Shown here: piece after piece, positions 48,901 through 59,810 of the stretch | Layout of the letters: each line of letters begins with the position of its first letter | Position numbering within the stretch: the stretch's first letter is position 1 | The notes under the pieces: model-generated | Database searches by the model: none | Told to the model about the DNA's origin: nothing | The model's input: the letters and a program-made list of their open reading frames with translations, nothing else | Translations under genes and position numbers: made by a program | Source: Macrostomum lignano | Taxonomy: Eukaryota | Length of the DNA stretch: 64,000 bases | Reading direction: 5' to 3' | NCBI GenBank assembly: GCA_002269645.1 | Contig: NIVC01002971.1 | Location: forward strand, 1 to 64,000

Positions 48901-51900
48901 TTGGAGCCAAAAGCATTGGGTCAGGGGTCGCAGAACCTTCTTGCTAATATTTTATGTTCCTTTAAAAAGTACAGTTTATTCATCTATATAAGCTTACCTC
49001 TGAGGTGTTGGATGAGGGTACATATCGAAATTGGGAGCTTTACCACTCTCAAGCCCCCTTATTTTGGTCAGCAACTTCTGGTTTTATTACGCGTTAGTTT
49101 CTATGCGTACTTTTATTTTCCATCTCCGCACCTTCTATACGATTTAGGACCACGTGATACGCCAATACAAGGCGGACTTGAGCCCATTCAAGCATGAAAT
49201 TTTTTCCCACGTATGGCTAGTCATTTCCGGTGCCAGTATCCCGATCTGAACTCTTCCAGAAAGGTTTCGCTGCGCTTCACCTTGCTGCAAAGAACAACAA
49301 CGCCAACGTTGTGCGCGCCCTGCTACGCATGAACGCATTCGTCAACGCCAAGAGCAAAGAGTGCTACACACCGCTGCATCTGGCCGCGCAGGAGGGTCAC
49401 AACGAGGTGGTGCTGATCCTGCTCAAGCAGGACGGGGTGGAAGTCGACGCCAGGACTCTGGTAGGAGTTCCCTCAGAAGTTTCCTTTGTCGCTACGGCTT
49501 GAGTTCCGTTATTTTCAAATCAATATTATTAGTGAAAAGACTAGGCCAAAAGTTTTTTGCTTCCATAGCAACAATGTCACCCGCTTTCCAAGAAAGTCAG
49601 AAGTAGAGTTCGCATCTAGGAATTAGGGACCGTTTTTGCAGACGGACTCCATTCATCAATATCCTAAACATGGTTCCAGCACTCAAAGACTCCGCTTCAT
49701 CTGGCGGCCCAGCGAGGCCACAAGGAGGTCTGCGAGACCCTCGTTGATCACAGCGCCGACTGCAAAGCTACCGACAATGTGAGTTTCCTTAGAAATGATA
49801 CTTTGGCACATTAAAAGCAGCAAGATCAAAGTCAAAGTTGACTTATCACCGATTTCAGAACGGTCAAACTCCGCTCCATCTCGCGGCAGAGCACGACAGG
49901 TCGCATGTTGTGAAAATGTTCCTGCGCAAGAAGGACATTGTGACCCTGGCCAGCGCTGTGAGTGCAGCTCCAAAATAGAAACTCTGAATTTAGAGATTTG
50001 ACATTGAAAAATTGAAAATGTTATTTGCATTCTAACAATCATTAAAACCATCCGATTCCCGAACACTTTCAGGATGACGTACGTTACCAAAGCAGTGCTC
50101 TATATTAATCTCTTTGAAAAATGATAGAACTCTGAGCATGGATCCTAATCAATATGCCTTATACTCGTACACTGTACTGTTACTGCATGCGAAACTTTTT
50201 GGTTCAATTGATTTCTTTTCTATTCGGCCACTTTAGGGACGTAAAATAGGTCATTTGTTTTGATTAGCACCTTGATTTAAGTCGAGGCTGGAAGGCACAA
50301 TGCACTAGAATCTTAAGCGTTCGCACGAGCCGCTCAAGCTCCGCAAGATAATCTATTTCCCCAGTGACATAACGTTGCTTGAGACTATTTTACTACTGTC
50401 GCTCACACCCCCCGGTAACCAAAATCTGCAGAAAGGCATGACCTGCGCTCACATCGCAGCCAGCAAAGGCAGCATCTCCGTCATCAACGAACTGCTGCGC
50501 TCGAATCGCAACCTGCTGTGCACCGGGAAAATCAAAACTAACGGCTGCACCGCTCTTCACCTGGCCGCTCAGGAGGGTCACGAGCGCGTGGTGAAGCTCC
50601 TTGTTGAAGCTGGCGCCTCGCCGTCCGACGAGAACATCGACGGAATGACGCCATTGCATCTGGCGGCGCAGAACGGCCACTCGAAGGTGCTGCAGGCGCT
50701 CAAGGAGAAGGTCGACCTGCGCATCGCCTCGCGAAAGTCGGGCCTCACTCCGCTGCACATCGCTGCCCACGCCGGCAAGCAGGACTTTGTGCAGGAGATT
50801 CTCAACAAAGTGCCCGCTAATCTGGCCTCCATCAAACCGAAGGACTACAACTTGTTCAAGGAGATGGTTTCTGATGTGAGTAATTCTTTCAACAAAGTCG
50901 ATATAAGATTTATAGCTTGTGACTTGCATTTGTCAATTCAATTTCCTACCATTTGTACAGTACGGTTTCACTCCGCTGCACTTGGCAAGTCAAAGCGGAC
51001 ACGAGAGCCTAGTGAGGTACCTGCTCAACAGCACAAGCGTCAAAGTTGACTCGGCAACAATAAAACACGTGAGCCGGACATTATACTTGCCGATAGATGT
51101 TATTCTTTGTTTTAATTGCCATTCTCTAGCCCTAACTTGTACCTAAACTACAGGGCATGATCCCGCTGCATCTGGCTGCTCAAAATGGCGAAACAAACGT
51201 TGCTAGCCTGTTGCTAAGCCGGGACACGAATCAGATTCGGCTGGCAGACAGTCACGGCCGGACCGCATTGCACTGGGCGGCTAATAAAGGTCACTACGAC
51301 ATGACCGCCCTGCTGGTGGGCCAGGGGGCCGACGTGAACGGCAGGGACCACGTGAGTGTGTGCGATGGCCTTTTATCGTAGTATCTTATATACTATTCGA
51401 AGTATAACCTGGTAAGCTCATTAGTTAGTTGGTAAGCTCAATGGTTAGTTGGTAAGCTCAATGGTTAGTTGGTAAGCTAAATGGTAAGCTCAATAGTTAA
51501 TTGGCAAGCTCAATAATTAGTTGGTAAGCTCATTAGTTACTTGGTAAGCTCATTAGTTAGTTGGTAAGCTCATTAGTTAATTGGTAAGCTTATTGGTTAT
51601 CTGTTAGCCTAATGGTTAGTTGGTAAGCTCAATGGTTAGTTGGTAAGCTTAATGGTTAGTTGGTAAGCTCAATGGTTAGTTGGTTGGTAAGCTCAATGAT
51701 TAGTTGGTAAGCTAATGGTTAATTGGTAAGCTCAATGGTTAATTGGTAAGCTTAATGGTTAGTTGGTAAGCTCAATGGTTAGTTGGTAAGCTCAATGGTT
51801 AGTTGGTAAGCTCAATGGTTAGTTGGTAAGCTAATGGTTAATTGGTAAGCTCAATGGTTAATTGGTAAGCTTAATGGTTAGTTGGTAAGCTCAATGGTTA

Positions 51901-54900
51901 GTTGGTAAGCTCAATGGTTAGTTGGTAAGCTCAATGGTTAGTTGGTTTCTCGGCTTCCTGGCAGTAATTTATGATTATGATTAGCCTATAATTATGAACA
52001 GTTAGTCAATACGCTCAGAATAAGTTTTCCCTTTTTAGTTGTCCTTGGCAACGAAATTCAAGCTGGAACCTCGTGTGCAAAACTAAAATCTGTAGTCAGG
52101 TGGTAGGATGAGTAGAACGCGACTCTGGGAACTGGGAGCTTCCACCCGCTGCCAGAGCAAACAGTCTCGAATCGACCCCCCGCCATCTCCCCAACCGCAG
52201 AGCAACTGGGCTCCGCTTCATTTTGCCGCGAAAATGGGCCACCTGCGGGTGATGCAGCTGCTTGTGGACTCCAAGGCCAACTGCGAGGCGGAAACCAAGG
52301 ACGGAAAACTGCCGGTGGCATATGCCGCGGAGAACAACCACGTTGAGGTGGTCAGCTTCCTGCTGAAAGAGCGGCACAACACCTACGCTTTGATGGAAGA
52401 CTGGAAGGTGCGCGCTATTGCTAAATCAGTTGTCAAACAGGCTGCTGCTACCCCTAAAGAAAGTACCCTGGGTAGAAACTACCCCTGAACGAGCTCAAGA
52501 GAAACTATCGACCATACTACTAAGCTGTAACATACAGTACCTTCACAATTTCACTGACTTGCATTGACTTCCCACAATGTCACGGAAATCACTCCAACGA
52601 TGTCACAGACACAGCTTCGTTTCCAATGTCACAGACACAGCTTCGTTTCCAATGTCACAGACACAGCTTCGTTTCCAATGTCACAGACACAGCTTCGTTT
52701 CCAATGTCACAGACACAGCTTCCCCAATGTCACAGACACAACTTCCCCAATGTCACAGACACAGCTTCGTTTCCAATGTCACAGACACAGCTTCCCCAAT
52801 GTCACAGACACAGCTTCCCCAATGTCACAGACACAGCTTCCCCAATGTCACAGACACAGCTTCCTTAATGTCACAGACACAACTTCCCCAATGTCACAGA
52901 CACAGCTTCGTTTCCAATGTCACAGACACAGCTTCGTTTCCAATGTCACAGACATAGCTTCGTTTCCAATGTCACAGACACAGCTTCGTTTCCAATGTCA
53001 CAGACACAGCTTCTCCAAAGTCACAGACACAGCTTCCCCAATGTCACAGACAGATTTCCCCAATGTCACAGACACAGATTCCCCAATGTCACAGACAGAT
53101 TTCCCCAATGTCACAGATACATTTTTGCAATGTCACAGATACATTCTGCAATGTCACAGACAATGTCACTGCCCGACATCCCGCTCCAGTTTCTGTACAA
53201 CATCATGCTGTGCAGCAAGATCAGCGGCAACAAAACCCTGGAAGAGTTCATCCTGGTGTCACCGGCCCCAGCCGAGACGGCGGCCAAACTGTCCAAGAAG
53301 TTTGTCATCCTGTCCGAACGCGAGAAGGAACGCGCCAAGGAGCTGGTCCAGATGGGCAAGTACTGCGAGAACATGTGCACGGAGCTGGTGGCCGTGGCGG
53401 CTGCCGAGAGCGGCGGCGACGGAGCCGCCAAGCTGTTGAAGGCCGTGGACAACCGAGGCGTGCAGTTCCTCGACATTCTACTCGAAACGGAGCAGAAGGA
53501 GGTGATCGCGCACCCGGCTGTTCAGCGCTACCTCACTGACGTCTGGAGAGGCAACCTGGACTGGCCAACGTGGAAGTTCCTGCTACTCTTCACCGTGTTC
53601 CTGGCCATCCCGCCCGTGATGATGGCATTCAGCCTGCCGCTGTCCTGCAATCGGTACCACCGCAAGCCGGTCATCAAGTTCATCGCCTACCTGATCGCCC
53701 ACGTGCACCTCATCTTTCTGTTCGTGTTCGTCGCCGTGGAGCCGGAATGGCTCGGGCCGCCGTACTACACCAGGCGGGACCTGATGCCCACCTGGTTGGA
53801 GTGCCTCCTGCTGCTGTGGCTCAGCGGCCAGCTGGTGTCTGAGCTGACGAATCCGGCTGACAGGTGAGCTGGGGGGGGGGCTGATTTGGGGTTAAGACTT
53901 CTGAAATCTTTCAAGATACATTTGGGGACTCTGATAAGTTTTTAGAGACCCTCGTCTAGAGACATCTTTAAAGTGCATCTAGAGAAGATTCAAGTAATCT
54001 AGCGACCCTCTAGAACATTTTGAGACATTTCGAGGATCGTTTTTGGATATCCAGAGACCACGTTGGAAAGCCAAAGATTATAATTATCTTGGACATCTAG
54101 AGACCACCCCGGAAATCTAGAAACCACCCTTGACAGCTAGAGACCACTTTGGGCATCTAGAGACCACCTTGGACAGATAGAGCCATATTGGATATCTAGA
54201 GATCATATTGGATATCTAGAGACAAAATTGGATATCTAGAGACCATATTGGATATCTAGAGACCATATTGGATATCTAGAGATCATATTGGATATTTAGA
54301 GATCATATTGGATATCTAGAGACAAAATTGGATATCTAGAGACAAAATTGGATATCTAGAGACAACATTGGATATCTAGAGACCATATTAGACATCTATA
54401 TATCATATTGGATATCTAGAGACAACATTGGATATCTAGAGACCATATTAGACATCTAGATATCATATTGGATATCTAGAGACAAAATTGGATATCTAGA
54501 GACCATATTGGATATCTAGAGACCATATTGGATATCTAGACATCATATTGAATATCTAGACATCATATTGGATATCTAGAGACAAAATTGGATATCTAGA
54601 GACAACATTGGATATCTAGAGACCATATTAGACATCTATATATCATATTGGATATCTAGAGACAACATTGGATATCTAGAGACCATATTAAACATCTAGA
54701 TATCATATTGGATATCTAGAGACAAAATTGGATATCTAGAGACCATATTGGATATCTAGAGACCATATTGGATATCTAGACATCATATTGAATATCTAGA
54801 CATCATATTGGATATCTAGAGACAAAATTGGATATCTAGAGACCATATTAGACATCTAGATATCATATTGGATATCTAGAGACAAAATTGGATATCTAGA

Positions 54901-57900
54901 GACCATATTGGATATCTAGAGACCATATTGGAAATCTAGACATCATATTGGATATCTAGAGACAAAATTGGAAATCTAGAGACCATATTGGATATCTAGA
55001 CATCATATTTAACACCAATAAGCCATATCGAAAATTTAGGGGCTTTAGAACATCTAGAGACGCCGCCGGTCGTCTATAGCCGGAGACAACGCTCTGGAGA
55101 CAAAGCAAAAATTACGGCAAATAACTCATCGCCTTAACACCTGGATGTTGCAGATCGGGCCTCGGCATATTCAAGGTGATTGTAATTGCCGTGGCAGCGG
55201 TAGGCGTCATCACCCACCTGGCCGCCTTCGCCCTGCCCTCGGACACCAACGCCAGGTTGGACGCGCTGTTCGCCCGCAACCAGCTGTTCGCCTTCGCCAC
55301 CCTGCTCTGCTTTGTGATGTTTCTGGAGTTCCTCACCTTCCACCACCTGTTCGGGCCCTGGTCCATCATCATCCGGGATCTGATGCGCGACCTGATGCGT
55401 TTCCTGGTGATTCTGGCCATCTTCATGGCCGGCTTCACCGTCCACCTGCGCTCTCTCTACGTGCCCGTGTACCGGCCGGACACGTACGACACTCCCGTGG
55501 CCATGGGCAAGAGCCTGCTCACCGCGTTCGAGCTGCTCTTCTTCGCTTTATTCGGCTACATCGAGCCGGACAACCTGCCGAATATGACCCAGTCCCCGAC
55601 CTGGACTATGACTCTCGTCAAGGTGATTTTCGGCTGCTACCTGATCATAACGCTCATCGTGCTCATTAACCTGCTCATCGCTATGATGAGCGACACTTAC
55701 GAGAGGATCCGAGCCGAGTCCGACACGGAGTGGAAGTTCGGCCGGGCCAAGCTGATCAGCAACATAAACAAGACCAGCTCCACGCCGACCCCGATGATTC
55801 TGGTCACTCAGCTGATCTTCGTGCTGAGAAATTTCCGCCGGAAGCACCGGGTGCAGAGTCAGTCCGGTAAGTGATCGGGTGGCCGCTCGCGACACTTTTA
55901 GTTGAGTTAATCTCCTAAGGAAAACGATTTTTAAAGCAAAAATCACCAGCCCTGAAAGCCGGCTTATCTAGCCTAAGATGTCAGCATCCCCTAATGAGCT
56001 TTGACTCAAGGCATCTGAGCAACCCCCATGGGTCACAGAATTTCAGCAATACCCCCATGAGCCTGGACATCTCAGATATTCCCCCATGAGCCTTGACATC
56101 TCAGCGATTTCTCCATGAGCCTTGACATCTCAGCGATTTCTCCATGAGCCTTGACATCTCAGCGATTCCCCCATGAGCCTTGACATCTCAGCGATTTCTC
56201 CATGAGCCTTGACATCTCAGCGATTTCTCCATGAGCCTAGACATCTCAGCGATTTCTCCATGAGCCTTGACATCTCAGCGATTTCTCCATGAGCCTAGAC
56301 ATCTCAGCGATTTCTCCATGAGCCTTGACATCTCAGCGATTTCTCCATGAGCCTAGACATCTCAGCGATTTCTCCATGAGCCTTGACATCTCAGCAATTC
56401 CCCATGAGCCTTGACATCTCAGCGATTTCTCCATGAGCCTAGACATCTCAGCGATTTCTCCATGAGCCTAGACATCTCAGCAACTCCCCCAGTAAGCCTT
56501 GACATCTCAGCAATTCCCCCAGTAAGCCTTGACATTTCAGCAATTCCCCATTGACATCTCAGCGATTTGACAGGGTGATTCTTATATAATTGAACCCTTA
56601 ACCGACTGTTGCCACCCTAAACGCCCGACAGGTCTGGAGGAGGACGATGTGGACACAAGCCGAGGCGACGTGATGCATTCGCGGGGCGCCGTGAACAGAA
56701 ACGCGCAATCGTCAGGTGAGTGATTGGAATAACAGGAACAAAATCGCACTTACTCCATCTAAATCTACTTGGGTCAATGACTCGCATTTGCTTCTTCAGA
56801 TCATTTCAAATTCTAGTTAAATTTCCAAAGAATTCAACCGCTTTTTTTGTTTTAATGCCTGTTCAGCATTGAGGGCGAATCATTGATTCTTATTTTTTGT
56901 CAGTTTGTGTTAGAGGCAGGGGGCTGTGTGCACCCACCCTGGCGCACTTTAAGCGAAATTGTCACACAACCGGCGATAGGCACACAGTCACCTTTATTTA
57001 TTGTTAGGCATGTACACTTCACTGTGCCTTGGGGGGTTGGCTGGACGTTAATTGCACGAACAGAGTCAAGCCGAGATTCCAATTCAGCCTTCAAATTAAT
57101 GTGACTGCACTTAGAATCGAGCCTGGGCCGCTGGCACACCAGAGCCTGCGCTACCGCCGGGCTACAGCCCTCCTATATTCTTACCTTATTTCCTTTTAAA
57201 CTTAGAAGCTCACCAAAAACAGGTGTTGAGCACCTTTTGATTGTTAAATATAAATTGTTTACTTCTAAAACATCGTTTTGTTTATCCTTTGGAATCTGCA
57301 GTCAGGTCAGGCCGTTTAACAATCCACATCACAGGTACTGGCTGAGTAATTATTAGATGCTTGAGAACTGTTCATGGCACAAAAAAGTACATCTATGAAG
57401 CACTTATAGAAGTAAATTTGTGTTGATTGCACACATAAGCTGTCCCAGTGTTGATCAGAAATTGTCACAGAATGGGGTTTACACACCTTTTTACTCAGCA
57501 CAAAATGCACCGTTTTTTGTCAAAAGCGCCGCTCAGAACTGGCCTGAGCAGAGCACCCTGACACTCACAGTTATTGCTAAATAACAATAATGCTTCATCA
57601 GATTCAGTCCGAGACGAACCCGAAGAGGCTGAGAACGCCCAGTCCACCACGGCTTCGAATCGAGCCGGTTTGTTTGCACTTTTATCTTTGCCAAAGCAGT
57701 TTGGTTTCTACAAGGGTTGGCGGCTCTGCTGTACCAGAGATATCAGCCGCTTCTGCTTGACAAGCCGGGGGCACGCAGTGTTGTCGCCATTTAATTTTTG
57801 TATTGCTGCTTCTGTAATGACGCCACTATACCTGACTAACTCTTCGCTTGCACAACTCAAATGCTTGGACGTGAGATGTTATGAATTGGGTGCTAAAAAT

Positions 57901-58418
57901 GCTAATTTTTTATGTTTTGATTCAGCCTGTTTGACTGCAATGTTCAATGCAGAGCTTAGATGGTCAGTGTTTCAACAACTGTAGCTTTTAGCCGTCTGTG
58001 CAAAGTGACCCAGCAGCTGGTGTACAGCAAGAGCGGATGTCGTACATGCTTTAGCAATAACTGTCCTCAAAGAATGCAGCTTCTTGGTGTCGTTAGTAAA
58101 GTCGCTCGATGTTGTCACAAGAGCTGCAGTTCACGCCTCGATGTCAATTAATGAACAATGAAAATGTCCGCACCTGCAGGTCAAGAGAACGCGACTGAGC
58201 ACCGTGGCGGTCCCGCGAAAATCGAGGACGTTGTCGACTGGGAGAGCGTCATCAAGAAGTTTTCCAGCATCCATGGCGGCGACTCCGCCGCGGCCGCCGC
58301 TGCCAGCGAAGCCCTGGAGCTGACGCCGGAGCCGAAGGCCAGGCAGAGACGCCGCGGCTCGGTGCTGGCAGACGGTGACCGGGAATCGCGGCGGGGGTCG
58401 CGGATCTTCGAGGACTGA
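42915..58418 (+). CDS. nompC: NOMPC/TRPN1 mechanosensitive TRP channel, ~1820 aa, 21 coding exons
   Basis: GT-AG exons that join in frame: 42915-43553, 43756-43857, 44632-44730, 44835-44945, 45362-45565, 46383-46484, 47232-48092, 48530-48643, 48727-48825, 49260-49460, 49680-49778, 49859-49957, 50432-50875, 50961-51068, 51154-51351, 52201-52407, 53190-53863, 55154-55866, 56632-56715, 57602-57667 (least certain), 58180-58418. About 29-30 ankyrin repeats; NOMPC signatures RTKDGSTLMH, LHMPNK, HARVDVFD, FILVSPAP..TAAKLS, EQKEVIAH, FHHLFGPW, LINLLIAMMSDTY, EWKFG (TRP box) and IEDVVDWE. An additional upstream exon is possible (acceptor at 42913). Confidence 0.95.
44960..45310. repeat. Intronic 14-15-bp G-rich minisatellite (GGAGTGACGGGGG[A/G]T)
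   Basis: NOMPC intron 4. Confidence 0.93.
45580..46115. repeat. Intronic 9-bp minisatellite (CCTTCACTC)n
   Basis: NOMPC intron 5. Confidence 0.95.
48185..48380. repeat. Intronic CTAC/CTGT low-complexity repeat
   Basis: NOMPC intron 7. Confidence 0.85.
51410..51945. repeat. Intronic ~20-bp minisatellite (GGTTAGTTGGTAAGCTCAAT)
   Basis: NOMPC intron 15. Confidence 0.93.
52575..53168. repeat. Intronic 24-26-bp minisatellite (AATGTCACAGACACAGCTTC...)
   Basis: NOMPC intron 16. Confidence 0.93.
54180..55010. repeat. Intronic 20-bp minisatellite (GGATATCTAGAGACCATATT)
   Basis: NOMPC intron 17. Confidence 0.93.
56060..56565. repeat. Intronic 29-bp minisatellite (CCATGAGCCTTGACATCTCAGCGATTTCT)
   Basis: NOMPC intron 18. 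Confidence 0.93.
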
Positions 58419-59810
58419 TCGAGTAGTTCGAATATTGATGAATTCCCTGTGCGCGAAACCAGCGAATCGATTTTAAATTTAATTACTGAAATGTCCTTCA
58501 AATCTAAATTATCTTAAAGATTTATCGAGGACGGATCTAGAAGAAGGACTGTTTCTTAGGACGAACTTCTCATAAAGCAGCGATAGTTTTTACTGTGAGC
58601 AGATCAAATGCTCAAGTGTAGAGTTTTGCACAGATCTTCTTTGTAAATTTTTATTTCAATAACACGATTTTGAAAACGGCAGTGTTAAGGACGCGTCTTC
58701 AAATAGGCCTTCAATCAGGCCTTCAAATATTTTCTAAGAAATGAAATGTGCCGTATTTAATAAAAATTTAACTATCGATGCAGTAAATTTCAGGTGTCCT
58801 GTGCGTGCATCCTTGGGATTTGTGCAGTGGCAACATTCCCGATATTAAAACCAATCGGCCTTCAAATATTCTATCTATTTGATTGCTATTTGCTGCAAGA
58901 GAAAAGGAGCCTTCTTCAATGAAATTTAATGCTAATCTTATATTTTTATATGAGGGACACAAAAGTACACAAAAGTATCCAGTGTTTTTATTGCATCTTT
59001 CCTTTCTTCTCTGGCTTAGAATTTGCTAACATGGCAATATCGTACTGACTAAAACTGACCCCGGCGCACTGAATACATTTATATAGTTATATCATTACCT
59101 TGTACATACAATGCTTATATTTCTTATTAAAATATTTTTACATAGACTTGAATTTAACCCGTGATTTCAACCAGTCAATAAACATAACCTTGTTCTCTTA
59201 ACTAAGTACAATTTCTATACTTACTATTGAAAGTAAAACAGTAGTGTTGTTTTCCGACAAGGATTATTTTCCTTACTTTAAATTTATACGTTTATTTGCA
59301 TTAGAAAAATAGTCTTATTAAAACAAAAAAATATATATAGACCACTCAAATTTCTAAATTAAAATGAGCGAAGTGATGCAGTCTGCAGCGCTAAAATTAT
59401 TGATAAGCGCAACTAAGGAAGCTCTTTGGCAGATTTTGTAACAGAGTTAACAAGATGCAGAAAGTCTCTATATATAGCTGATCTATAAATCTAAAAGCAT
59501 TTTCCCATTACTGCGCAGCGCGTGTACTTTCTACACTACTCTACAGAGAATGATAAGTAGCAAGCGGGGGTTTTGGCTAAAGAAACATGTTTTAGAAGCT
59601 CTACAAAAAATTCTACAAAATGTAATCATTTTCTTAGAAATGGCTGGTTTAACTGCACTGCAGTTTTTTAAGTGTGGCTACTCAGGCCTCTTTGTACAGA
59701 TTTTACTCAAGGAATGCTAATAATATTAGGTACATTTACGCTCGTATGTAAAAAAACGAAAAATCAGAAATAATCCATGATTCCATTTCCGTTGTCGTTG
59801 CAACTGATTT

